Origin: an uncultured Clostridia bacterium
GTDB lineage: Bacteria; Bacillota; Clostridia; Oscillospirales; CAG-272
Direction of reading: 5' to 3'
Assembly: GCA_904501985.1 (NCBI GenBank)
Contig: CAJGCT010000004.1
Span: 3,629 to 67,628, forward strand
Length of the DNA: 64,000 bases
The notes below the pieces were generated by a model, which searched no databases, was not told the origin of the DNA, and saw only the letters and a program-made list of their open reading frames with translations. How positions within the stretch are numbered: position 1 is the stretch's first letter; every line of letters begins with the position of its first letter. The position numbers were made by a program, and so were the translations under genes. Positions 39,747-48,652 of the stretch are shown piece after piece.

Positions 39747-40877
39747 TTATTCATTTATATCAACATAAACGCCGTTGACCGTCACATCCGCATCGGCGCG
39801 TACAAGCACGTATTTCACACCGTCAATTACGCGCGTCTCAACGAGATCGCCTCTCTCGGGATTCACTTTTATGGTCACATCGGGAGTCTTTATCTCAAGC
39901 TTTTTAGGCTCAACGATGTTTTTGGGATAAATCGGTGCGCTGTCACCGTATTCCTCGTCGCATTTATGCTTAAATTCTTCGATTTTTGGCTCAGATACGC
40001 CGCAGGATTCAAGAATGGATGCGATATCGGTACGGGTTATTGTGAGCTGTTCCTGCTCCTTTAAGAGCTTATGCTCCTCAATGCGGCAGGCGATATCATC
40101 GTGTATTGCCTGCACAACGCCGTAACTGCATTCCACACCGAGCGTTTCGCCGAGGACAGTTTCAAATATGGCTTTCTGCTCACCTGCCGGAAGCGGCAGA
40201 TCCGTACCGAACAGACCGTTTGCAAAGGTCTCGCAGTTATCGTCCGGATTCTTGACATAGTACAGCGCGTTGTATATATTGGTCTGCCTTGAATCAAAGG
40301 CAGGGAAGAGAAAACCAAGCTCGGGGGCAGACACGTTCCACTCGCATGAGCGTGTGTGGAATCCCTGCTTTGTGGGGTCATAGGCAAGTGTGGATTTTGC
40401 TTCCTTAACGGGGCACACGGCACACATTATGTAGGTGAACACCGACGAGGATTCCTCCAAGTCGCCGTCGTCGCGGTGCTTTTTGGGGACATCGTACGCA
40501 TCGGTCATAAGGAGAATAAGGTTGTTTCCCTCAAGATTCAGTCCCTCAGCGGCTTTATCGAAGAAGTTTTTAGCCGCCTCATCATCCTTAAGCCGCGACT
40601 GACGCAGGGAAGTGAGCAGTCCGTGCTCCACGCCAGATTCCACCTGCGGTATAGAAAAGGCGATATCTATAAGATTTTTTCCGTTAGTTCCGGACATTGC
40701 GCGGCGGAATATGGCAAGGTATTTTTCTATTTCCTCCTCGGGAAGCATATAAAAGGAGGTGGAAAACTCGTGGATGGTCTCTTTTTTCTCGTTTACATAC
40801 CGTCCGCGAAGTGTCGTGATATTATTTTTATCGGGTGCAAGCCTCCGCCTAAGCTCGGCAATTTCTCTGTCTGTCAT
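39747..40877 (-). CDS. Conserved hypothetical protein (resembles the DUF4317 family from memory)
   Basis: 376 aa. The N-terminus is RRRLAPDKNNITTLRGRYVNEKKE. The family assignment is not verified. Confidence 0.6.
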   Translation of the reverse strand: MTDREIAELRRRLAPDKNNITTLRGRYVNEKKETIHEFSTSFYMLPEEEIEKYLAIFRRAMSGTNGKNLIDIAFSIPQVESGVEHGLLTSLRQSRLKDDEAAKNFFDKAAEGLNLEGNNLILLMTDAYDVPKKHRDDGDLEESSSVFTYIMCAVCPVKEAKSTLAYDPTKQGFHTRSCEWNVSAPELGFLFPAFDSRQTNIYNALYYVKNPDDNCETFANGLFGTDLPLPAGEQKAIFETVLGETLGVECSYGVVQAIHDDIACRIEEHKLLKEQEQLTITRTDIASILESCGVSEPKIEEFKHKCDEEYGDSAPIYPKNIVEPKKLEIKTPDVTIKVNPERGDLVETRVIDGVKYVLVRADADVTVNGVYVDINE

Positions 40878-40966
40878 TTTATATTATCCTTTCAAGAATT
40901 AAATCGTTTTTTATTATACACCCATCGTCTGATAAAATCAAGTGCGCAATTGTAAATGTTAAAGAT

Positions 40967-41024
40967 GGAACGGTCGCTGTTCTTGAGCACATCGCGAAGC
41001 GATGTGCTGAAAGCATCCGAAAAT
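40967..41024 (+). repeat. Interspersed repeat, copy C (short form, 5' hairpin module only)
   Basis: GGAACGGTCGCTGTTCTTGAGCACATCGCGAAGCGATGTGCTGAAAGCATCCG matches the first ~58 nt of copy B. Confidence 0.8.
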
Positions 41025-41059
41025 ATTTTGCCAAAATGTAATATTTTTTAGAAAAGCTA

Positions 41060-41088
41060 TTGACAAATAGGATACAATAGTGTATAAT
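41060..41088 (+). promoter_or_regulatory. Consensus promoter of tRNA-Leu
   Basis: TTGACA, 17 nt, TATAAT with TG at the extended -10, 30 nt before the tRNA. Confidence 0.7.
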
Positions 41089-41118
41089 ATATAAGTCGTT
41101 TAACGGCACACATATTAT

Positions 41119-41203
41119 GCGAGAGTGGCGGAACTGGCAGACGCGCACGTTTGAGGGGCGTGTAGTTCACACTGTACGGGTTCAAGTCCCGTTTCTCGCA
41201 CCA
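41119..41203 (+). tRNA. tRNA-Leu (anticodon GAG), type II with long variable arm, encoded CCA
   Basis: Folded by hand. Acceptor GCGAGAG/TTCTCGC, anticodon stem CACGT/GCGTG with loop TTGAGGG, T arm ACGGG-TTCAAGT-CCCGT, discriminator A, then CCA. Confidence 0.85.
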
Positions 41204-41263
41204 TAAAAAAGCCAAAAGCATTTGCTTTGGGCTTTTTTATCGTCCGTGATATGGTTCGAAGAA
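41178..41263 (+). repeat. Direct repeat copy 1: tRNA-Leu 3' end plus terminator and flank
   Basis: GGGTTCAAGTCCCGTTTCTCGCACCATAAAAAAGCCAAAAGC...TTCGAAGAA. Confidence 0.85.
41207..41239 (+). terminator. Terminator after tRNA-Leu
   Basis: AAAAGCCAAAAGCA...TGCTTTGGGCTTTTTT. Confidence 0.75.
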
Positions 41264-41325
41264 ATCGTATGCAAGAATCCCCACGGGATTCTTGGCCGAG
41301 CTGACGCCGGAGGCGGCTGCTCGTA

Positions 41326-41415
41326 GGGTTCTCACAAGTCCCGTTTCTCGCACCATAAGAAAGTCAAAAGCGTTTGCTTTTGGCTTTTTTATCGCCCGTG
41401 ATAAGCTTCGAAGAA
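41326..41415 (+). repeat. Direct repeat copy 2: degenerate tRNA 3' end plus terminator
   Basis: The same sequence 148 nt downstream, with a 4-nt TCAC insertion in the T-loop and scattered substitutions. No matching 5' acceptor strand lies upstream. Confidence 0.85.
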
Positions 41416-41432
41416 GGGGAGGAAATTATACC

Positions 41433-41939
41433 GTGATTATTGCGGCACAGATTATCGGAATAGCGGCAGTTGCCTCGTTTTTACTTAGCTTTCAGTTCAA
41501 AAGTCGAAAAAATATACTTGCCGTCAACATCCTGTCAAGAGCTTTGTACATACTTCAGTATGTGATGCTTGGAGCTTTTGAAGGCGCTGTACTTGATTTT
41601 CTCGGTATGATTTCATCTGTTATTGCAAAATACAAGGACAAAGCGCCGATACGAAGATACTGTATTATAACTATGATCGCGATAAATGTGTTATTAACTG
41701 CGGTCGGTCTTGTGCTTTACGAAAATATATTCAGCATGTTTGCAATCTTTGGCATCGTCCTTGAGGTCACTGCATTATGGATAACAAAAGAAGCACACAT
41801 AAGGAAGATTTCGCTCCTTGCGGCACCTTTTTGGCTTACATATAATCTGTCAAATCTTGCCTACGGTTCTGCTGTGGGAAATGTTCTTGTGATACTCTCA
41901 ATAACCGCCGCAATGATAAGATATGACAGAAGGAAATAA
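41433..41939 (+). CDS. YgjV-like small inner membrane protein
   Basis: GTG at 41433 follows GGAGGA. Five or six hydrophobic helices. The annotated ATG at 41292 would read through the pseudo-tRNA and terminator copy. Confidence 0.6.
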   Translation: MIIAAQIIGIAAVASFLLSFQFKSRKNILAVNILSRALYILQYVMLGAFEGAVLDFLGMISSVIAKYKDKAPIRRYCIITMIAINVLLTAVGLVLYENIFSMFAIFGIVLEVTALWITKEAHIRKISLLAAPFWLTYNLSNLAYGSAVGNVLVILSITAAMIRYDRRK

Positions 41940-42027
41940 ATATTATATTTGCAAATATTGAATATTAAAAAAATCGTACCCGGATGTCTGTCTTTGTACG
42001 ATTTTTTGTTATATTTTTCCACGCCTC

Positions 42028-42056
42028 TTGAAATACACTGCATTTTGTGCTATAAT
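42028..42056 (+). promoter_or_regulatory. Promoter of the FAD oxidoreductase gene
   Basis: TTGAAA, 17 nt, TATAAT with an upstream TG. It overlaps the ORF-track start at 42028, which argues against that start. Confidence 0.55.
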
Positions 42057-42111
42057 CTATATAAATTCATATAAAGATAATATATTAAAAGTTTTAAATA
42101 GGGTTGTAAAT

Positions 42112-43311
42112 ATGATAATAAACGAGCAGATAAAGACAGAGGTCAAAGGAGAATATGATGTTGCGGTATGTGGCGGAGGGTTTGCCGGAATATCTGCAGC
42201 ATTAGCAGCAGCAAGACAAGGGAGCAAAGTGGTTCTTTTTGAAAAACAGTATATGCTTGGCGGTCTTGGTACAGCAGGTATTGTAACAATGTATCTTCCG
42301 CTTTGTGATGGCTTTGGCAGACAAGTATCATTTGGCATAGCAGAGGAACTTCTTCGTTTGTCAATATTACATGGTGCAGAGGCAAGTTATCCTGAAAATT
42401 GGCTTGAAAACAAAGGAACACGCACACAAACAGATAAAAGGTTTGAGGTTCAGTATAATCCGCAGCTTTTTGCTATTTTGGCAGAAAAACTTCTTATGGA
42501 TGAAGGCGTTGACATACTGTATGGAACATATGCTGTCGGAGTGAACGTAAGTGAAAATAAGATTAAGCATATAATTACAGAAAATAAATCAGGAAGATTT
42601 GCATATCAGGTTAAATCAGTAGTTGATGCAACCGGTGATTGTGATGTTGCTCATTTTGCAGGTGCTCCGACTGAGAACTTTAATCAGGGAAATGTACTTG
42701 CTGCATGGTACTATTCGGTAGGAAATAATGGTTATAAACTTAATATAATTGGCTTTGCAGATATCCCGGATGAAGAAAGAACTGAAGAAAACAAGGTTAA
42801 GCCACTTGTTGACAGACGGTTTTCAGGACTTGACGGGGAGGAACTGTCAGAGCTAATGTGTATGTCGCATCAATCCACATATGCGGATTTTCTGAAAAAG
42901 CGCGAAAGTGATGATACTCTTCTGCCGGCAACTATCGCCACAACGCCCCAAATAAGAATGACAAGACGGATTGTTGGGGAGTATGAATTGTCACATACAG
43001 AGATGCATAAACATTTTGAAGATTCTATCGGAATGGTTTCAAACTGGAAAAAGCGTGGGCCTGTATATGAGGTGCCGTTCAGAACCTTATATAATTCTAA
43101 AGTGAAAAACCTTATATGTGCCGGTCGTTGTACTTCGGTAGGTGAAACAATGTGGGACATTATGAGAGTTATACCATGCTGTGCTGTTACCGGTCAGGCT
43201 GCCGGGACAGCGGCGGCAATGACAGATGATTTCTCAAAGATAGATATTATTGAACTTCAAAAACGACTTGTTGCAAATGGTGTAATTCTTCACGAAAAAG
43301 ATATTATATGA
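42112..43311 (+). CDS. FAD-dependent oxidoreductase
   Basis: Dinucleotide fold DVAVCGGGFAGISAALAAARQG. Visibly lower GC than the surrounding genes. Confidence 0.8.
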   Translation: MIINEQIKTEVKGEYDVAVCGGGFAGISAALAAARQGSKVVLFEKQYMLGGLGTAGIVTMYLPLCDGFGRQVSFGIAEELLRLSILHGAEASYPENWLENKGTRTQTDKRFEVQYNPQLFAILAEKLLMDEGVDILYGTYAVGVNVSENKIKHIITENKSGRFAYQVKSVVDATGDCDVAHFAGAPTENFNQGNVLAAWYYSVGNNGYKLNIIGFADIPDEERTEENKVKPLVDRRFSGLDGEELSELMCMSHQSTYADFLKKRESDDTLLPATIATTPQIRMTRRIVGEYELSHTEMHKHFEDSIGMVSNWKKRGPVYEVPFRTLYNSKVKNLICAGRCTSVGETMWDIMRVIPCCAVTGQAAGTAAAMTDDFSKIDIIELQKRLVANGVILHEKDII

Positions 43312-43395
43312 AATTTTATGTCCTGACTTGATATAAACTCTCACTAAAAAGTTTGGCATCCGGATTATACAGTCTTTATATAAAGGAGAACACAA

Positions 43396-44583
43396 ATGGA
43401 TTTCACAAAGCTTAAAAATTTTCTTGATTATATGGCAGAATACCGTACTCCGGGATGTGCTGTGGCGGTAACGCTTGACGGAAAGCCCGTGTATAAATAC
43501 GCCGCCGGTGTTTCCGATCTTGATACTAAAAAGCCTATGACCGGAGACGAATACTTCAATATCTACTCCTGTACCAAAATTGCTGCCGTTACAGCCGGAG
43601 CACAGCTGTTGGAGCAGGGAATTATTGACCTTAACGATCCGCTTTCTGAATACATCCCCGAATTTCGTCATATGACTGTTAAAGCAAAAGACGGAAATAT
43701 TGAAAACGCCAAGAACTCAATAAAAGTCGGGCATCTTTTCAGTATGACCGCAGGTTTTAACTATAACTTTAATTGTCCGTCGCTTGTAAAGCTTCGTGAG
43801 GAATCGAAAAATATGTTTACAACCCTTGATTTCGCACGCGCGCTTGCAAATGAGCCGCTTTCATTTGAGCCGGGCACACATTGGCAGTATTCACTTTGCC
43901 ATGACGTGCTGGGCGCACTTATCAGCGTTGTGAGCGGCAAGACTTTTGGTGAATACCTGCAGGAAAACGTATTCGGTCCGCTTGAAATGAGCAAAACCGT
44001 ATTCCGCCACACAGACGAGATACGAAGCAATATGGCGTCTCAGTACCGCTTTATTCCGGATGATCCCGCAGAACTGAAGCTTTCCGATGTGGAAGCACAA
44101 CAGAAAGGCTCTGACAACATTGGACATTTTGAAAATGTTGGAATGGAAGTACAGGGCGGTTACGGCGGATATCCCAACTACGAGAGTGGTGGTGCAGGTA
44201 TTACTACCACTGTGGATGATTATGTAAAGCTGATGGCGGCACTGTCTTGCGGCGGAATAGGGAAGAGCGGCAACCGCATTTTGTCCGCAAAAACAGTTGA
44301 GCTTATGAAATGCAATCGCCTGTCGCCGGAATTACTTAAAGATTTAAATTGGCCACACCTCGTCGGTTACGGATACGGACTCGGTGTGCGCACACACATT
44401 GACAAAGCCAAGTCCGGATCGATAGCAAATCTCGGAGAATTCGGATGGGGCGGAGCGGCAGGTGCTACCGCAATTATGGATACTGCTGAAAGGCTTGGCG
44501 TTTTCTTCGTACAGCATACCTTAAATCCGCGTGAGGGATGGTATCAGCCGAGGCTTCGCAATGTTGTATACGGATGCTTATAG
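43396..44583 (+). CDS. Serine hydrolase of the beta-lactamase/transpeptidase-like family
   Basis: SxxK motif YSCTKIAA and the expected size. No signal peptide. Confidence 0.8.
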   Translation: MDFTKLKNFLDYMAEYRTPGCAVAVTLDGKPVYKYAAGVSDLDTKKPMTGDEYFNIYSCTKIAAVTAGAQLLEQGIIDLNDPLSEYIPEFRHMTVKAKDGNIENAKNSIKVGHLFSMTAGFNYNFNCPSLVKLREESKNMFTTLDFARALANEPLSFEPGTHWQYSLCHDVLGALISVVSGKTFGEYLQENVFGPLEMSKTVFRHTDEIRSNMASQYRFIPDDPAELKLSDVEAQQKGSDNIGHFENVGMEVQGGYGGYPNYESGGAGITTTVDDYVKLMAALSCGGIGKSGNRILSAKTVELMKCNRLSPELLKDLNWPHLVGYGYGLGVRTHIDKAKSGSIANLGEFGWGGAAGATAIMDTAERLGVFFVQHTLNPREGWYQPRLRNVVYGCL

Positions 44584-45531
44584 TGCAATTATACTTTGGT
44601 AATTATTTTGTATAATAGATAGGGTAATATATTATTTGTGTTGGATTTTGTATAATTGAAAACATTGCCGGTGCATTTGCTTGCCAAGGGAAATACTTGT
44701 AAGTTGAATTCTCAAACGCTGTGCCGCGGCAAAACATACGCACGGGAAGTTCTGTACTTTGCAAACGCGCTTACAACTGACTCGATAATTATGTCGATGT
44801 TCCGTAATATGCCTGATTTTACAGATAAGCTGTGAGCGTTCAGGACACATCGAAACGTATAAATGTACGTCCGCAGACACGCTGTAGGCTGTCACAGCAC
44901 AGTTCCTGTAATTATCGATGGTTATGCACACAGTATCGTAATTGTGCAAGTAACAAGATGTCCGGTGCGGAACGCTGTGAGCGTATGCCGGTGATATGAT
45001 TACAGCAACACGCATTGCACAGCGCAGCGATACGACACTTCAAACAATAAACAAATACGCCGTCGGGTGAACTTGGCAAAACAGTTCATCTGACGGTTTT
45101 TCCTATATTTTAATATATTTAATGTGTATTTCGCTTCCCTTTATTATACAAAATTTGCATTTTGTATAGTTGCGTCAGCATTCGGATAGCAGCTCCCTTC
45201 GGCTCGCTGCTCTCTTGACGCAGCCTAAACAAAATGCACGTTTTGTATGGTCGCCGCCGTAGTTTTTCCATTTTTGGTACAATTTTCAATATTTGCAAAA
45301 TCAACGCCCGATTTTGTCAGATAGCCAAAGGCTAAAAGAGCGATTTTTGCCGTAAACTCTTGGCGTGTATTACCCCCGTGATACTACAGTCGGGGGTTGC
45401 CAAAGTGGGCGTTTTTCTTCCAGCGATAAAATGGCAATATTGGTAATTGTTAGTGTGCTGTCCGCTTTGGCGCGGGATCCTCGCATGAACGGCACCGTTA
45501 GTCTGGCTGACGCCGGGCAATTAGAGGAAGG

Positions 45532-45567
45532 AAAAAAGCCTTACCCGGTGATCAGCCGGATAAGGCT
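45532..45567 (-). terminator. Terminator after the phage rep gene
   Basis: On the minus strand: AGCCTTATCCGG...CCGGGTAAGGCT followed by TTTTTT. Confidence 0.8.
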
Positions 45568-45621
45568 ACAAAATTCTATTCGTTTGTATTAAGTAATTAC
45601 GTAATTATTCAATATGTTCTT

Positions 45622-46602
45622 CTATTCTATCTGTTTTCCTACCTGCTCAGCTCGCATCATATCAAGCTCCGCAAGCATTAGCTTCTGCTTTGCGTTCAGC
45701 TTGCAATGCTTCACTGCATCGAGAAGCTTACCGATATCTCCATCGTGGGCGATCATATACGCCTTAAGGGAGCTTGCTACGTTATGTTCAAGGTAGTGCT
45801 CCAGCCTATCAAGGGTGTAATCCTGTCCGGGCAAATAGAGTTGCGGGATTCGCTCTGCCGCGCCGATGAAGTCTGACCACCACGTAACTGTAGGCAATCT
45901 GTGCTGATTGCTGTGTTGTTTGATGGTCTTTATGCTCGTCCCACGTGGAGGACTGACGAAGCGGAGGAAGTCGATCATTACTCCGGCATAGAGCTTGCCA
46001 ATGTCTCGGTGCTCGCACCAATTGAGATACCATGATGTTGCACTGTCATTACGAAACTGAAATTCAAAACGCATCCAATCGGTATCCGGTATTCCCTGCT
46101 CCAAGGCTTTGTTGTAAATTCGCAGAAGTCTATTCGATTTCTCGGAACCGTAATAAACTACCTCAGTACGCATTTCACGCAAGTCCGGGAGCTCCTTAGC
46201 TCTTGATACATAAAGCTGTGATTTGGAATACTTGTAAATCATGTTATACGTAATAGATCCGTCATCCACGTCACAGGCGATATCTATACGTGAAATATGT
46301 GCTTTTTTGTCTCTGATCTGACTGTCGTACCGGTACAGAAATTCAAACCAATCGAAACCCGGATTCAACTGCTCCACCGTGCGGCATCCTTTACCGGAGA
46401 TATTTAGAAAGGTGTCAGATATTTCACGTTCGTCATTGAAATTGTAAGCTATCAAAACACCGTCTATATATTCTCCTCCGTCATACCAACGTGTTTTCTT
46501 CGGCTGCATCTCTGCATCCTGAAGTCCGAGAAGCTCGTAAAGCTCGCCCACGTTGTCGTATTTCCATGTGATTGATAAGCTGTCTATCAGTATCTTATGC
46601 AC
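45622..46602 (-). CDS. Rolling-circle replication initiator (Rep_trans / RstA-like)
   Basis: ISRIDIACDV, YYGSEKSNRLLRIYNK and RFEFQFRN match my memory of the Rep_trans family. GTG start follows AAGGAGG. Confidence 0.75.
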   Translation of the reverse strand: MHKILIDSLSITWKYDNVGELYELLGLQDAEMQPKKTRWYDGGEYIDGVLIAYNFNDEREISDTFLNISGKGCRTVEQLNPGFDWFEFLYRYDSQIRDKKAHISRIDIACDVDDGSITYNMIYKYSKSQLYVSRAKELPDLREMRTEVVYYGSEKSNRLLRIYNKALEQGIPDTDWMRFEFQFRNDSATSWYLNWCEHRDIGKLYAGVMIDFLRFVSPPRGTSIKTIKQHSNQHRLPTVTWWSDFIGAAERIPQLYLPGQDYTLDRLEHYLEHNVASSLKAYMIAHDGDIGKLLDAVKHCKLNAKQKLMLAELDMMRAEQVGKQIE

Positions 46603-46667
46603 ATAATAAACCTCCTTTCATGTACGCCGCCGCACATCGCGCATCCGCGCGATCCGCGCCGCGGCGT

Positions 46668-46970
46668 TTACTTGAAAATATAGTGTGCTGCTTGAGAAGT
46701 GATATTGATCGCCCATGTAAGAAATCTGGAAGTAATATTCCATGTTATAGATGCTGTTATCATCCACTCGTATCCCGGAGGAACAAACAAATTGAGGAAT
46801 CCTCTTGCTCTCATAAGATAGGCACTCAAAACCAGAACTATTTGATAAAATCCTTCACTAAGAGCGGAAATATCAATCATCTCGGTAACAGGAAGAGCTA
46901 CTATCAAAGCTATAACCCCAAGTGCTACAGCTATGAGTATACCCCATTTTGCTATATCAGCCACAATCAA
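46668..46970 (-). CDS. Phage membrane protein (pVI-like by size and position)
   Basis: 100 aa with hydrophobic helices. ATGA overlap with the upstream gene. Confidence 0.6.
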   Translation of the reverse strand: MIVADIAKWGILIAVALGVIALIVALPVTEMIDISALSEGFYQIVLVLSAYLMRARGFLNLFVPPGYEWMITASITWNITSRFLTWAINITSQAAHYIFK

Positions 46971-48271
46971 TCACCATCCTCATCGCCTACAGATTTACCC
47001 TGAAGAAAACGATTTATCAGCTTCATAAGCGTAAATATCGCATTTAAAACTATACCTATTACCGTAAACCACTGCACAACCTTCATGATACTTTCAGGTA
47101 TCATATAAATATAATCGGCAAGATTTACCGAAGTATTATTCATCAAAACTATAGGTTCAGATGTAACCCCCTCCATAGCAGGTATGGAAAGTTTGGGGAT
47201 ATTAATAGGGCATGTTCTCCCACTATACGAAAGCGTATTCAAAAAAAGCTTAAAAGAAGAAATAATTCCTTCTGTATCTACAACACCACCAAGCTCACCT
47301 ACAAGCTGATCAAGAAATTCATTTCCGGCTGACTCTGCAGCTTCCAATTCCTTTTGGGACTGTTCTTCAAGCTTCTGCTCGAACTGGTTTCCAATGTCAT
47401 CGGGAAGCTTATCAAGCTGTGTCTTGATATCAGAAACCTTAAGGCTTAGCTCGGTGTTTTGTGCCACAAGAGTTTCAGTAGTCGCTTTGAGTTCTTCAAG
47501 CTTCTGAACCTGTGTACTGCCTGTAACCTGCAGAATGGCTATTTCGGCATTGATCTCATCAAGCTTACTGACTGCATCACCAAGCTTATCTACTACAGAC
47601 TCCTCAAAAATGTCTCCCTCCGGGTCATAGGATGCAGTTACGGATATATCCCAATAACTTACAAGGTAACGGACATTTTCAGATTCCGGGTGCATATCAA
47701 AGAAAGACATCATATACCAGATACCCTCATTAAGGTTATCTATAAAGCCGGACGCGGTGCTGAAAGAAAGGTGGTAATTAAGCTCGGTAAGCTCTTTCTC
47801 TGAGTTGTAAAAAGAATCAAAGCTCATTGACACTAAGTCTGAATAAGACTCCCCGGCTCTGTTTTTCTGATCAAGCAGTATATTCGAAGCATTTACTTGA
47901 TTCTTTCCGGAAACGTAAGAATCATCTCCAAGAAAAGATATATTGACAAGCTCACCCGGCAAGGGATATATTCCCACATCCGGATCATCACTGTTTGGAA
48001 ATTCCATTTCAAGGGTTACATCAACCGTATAAGTATGGAATTTCTTTAGTTCCAAGTCATGAAAAAATCCCCATGAAGTATCGGGAGTATCAACGATAAT
48101 ATCATCACCGTAAAGAACACCCGCGATTTTCAAAACACTGCTTCCGGTCTCTCCAAATATGAAATAAGCATCACTCGACGTATACGAGGAAGCGGAGATA
48201 CTGACCGCCAATATGGCAAGCACAAGAAGCAATGCCGTTATACCGGTTAGGACTTTGTATTTCTTCTCCAT
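46967..48271 (-). CDS. Phage minor coat/adsorption-like protein (pIII-like by architecture)
   Basis: AGGAGG lies upstream of the ATG at 48271. It has a signal peptide (MEKKYKVLTGITALLLVLAILAVSISASS), a central coiled coil and a C-terminal TM anchor. Confidence 0.65.
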   Translation of the reverse strand: MEKKYKVLTGITALLLVLAILAVSISASSYTSSDAYFIFGETGSSVLKIAGVLYGDDIIVDTPDTSWGFFHDLELKKFHTYTVDVTLEMEFPNSDDPDVGIYPLPGELVNISFLGDDSYVSGKNQVNASNILLDQKNRAGESYSDLVSMSFDSFYNSEKELTELNYHLSFSTASGFIDNLNEGIWYMMSFFDMHPESENVRYLVSYWDISVTASYDPEGDIFEESVVDKLGDAVSKLDEINAEIAILQVTGSTQVQKLEELKATTETLVAQNTELSLKVSDIKTQLDKLPDDIGNQFEQKLEEQSQKELEAAESAGNEFLDQLVGELGGVVDTEGIISSFKLFLNTLSYSGRTCPINIPKLSIPAMEGVTSEPIVLMNNTSVNLADYIYMIPESIMKVVQWFTVIGIVLNAIFTLMKLINRFLQGKSVGDEDGD

Positions 48272-48651
48272 GCGAAAAGACCTCCTCTGAACATCACCCA
48301 AAGTGCACCACAGCACAGTGCGACAATTATCGACCATGCTATCATGATCTCATGACACGGCAGAACCGACATAGTGCCGTAACCAATATTGCTGTACACG
48401 TAAATTTCGTTACTGATATCGTAGCTCCATGTGCTCTCATACTCATCAATCTCATACCCGGTATTAGTTCCGTTTCGGTATATGACATACTCCATAACGT
48501 CATCATGATTTACAGCGTTTCTGACAAGCATGGTATACTCGTAATCATCGGTCTGGCAGATGATATATTCATCAAGCGGTCGGAGCTTGCTGTAGAATAC
48601 ATTGAGGTATGTGGAGCTGATTGTAGACCTTGCATCACTCACCTGTTTCAT
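48247..48651 (-). CDS. Phage protein with C-terminal TM segment
   Basis: 134 aa. It follows the 35-aa ORF directly (stop at 48653, start at 48651) and overlaps the next gene by 25 nt. Confidence 0.55.
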   Translation of the reverse strand: MKQVSDARSTISSTYLNVFYSKLRPLDEYIICQTDDYEYTMLVRNAVNHDDVMEYVIYRNGTNTGYEIDEYESTWSYDISNEIYVYSNIGYGTMSVLPCHEIMIAWSIIVALCCGALWVMFRGGLFAWRRNTKS

Positions 48652-48652
48652 A

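Noticed and set aside
41292-41432. Upstream extension of the YgjV-like ORF to the ATG at 41292.
   Set aside because: It would translate through the pseudo-tRNA 3' end and the duplicated terminator. The GTG at 41433 has a GGAGGA RBS and begins the hydrophobic protein.
42028-42111. ORF-track start of the FAD oxidoreductase at 42028.
   Set aside because: That ATG sits inside the predicted -35/-10 promoter. The GxGxxG fold starts a few residues after the ATG at 42112.
44632-45015. 127-aa minus-strand ORF.
   Set aside because: The composition is odd (many C, H, R, Y). There is no RBS and no motif, and it is surrounded by non-coding features. It is treated as non-coding.
45332-45592. Small ORFs in the prophage left arm (62 aa on minus, 75 aa on plus).
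   Set aside because: They lack Shine-Dalgarno sequences and overlap hairpins. The plus-strand ORF also overlaps the rep terminator. They are more likely a non-coding ori/packaging region.
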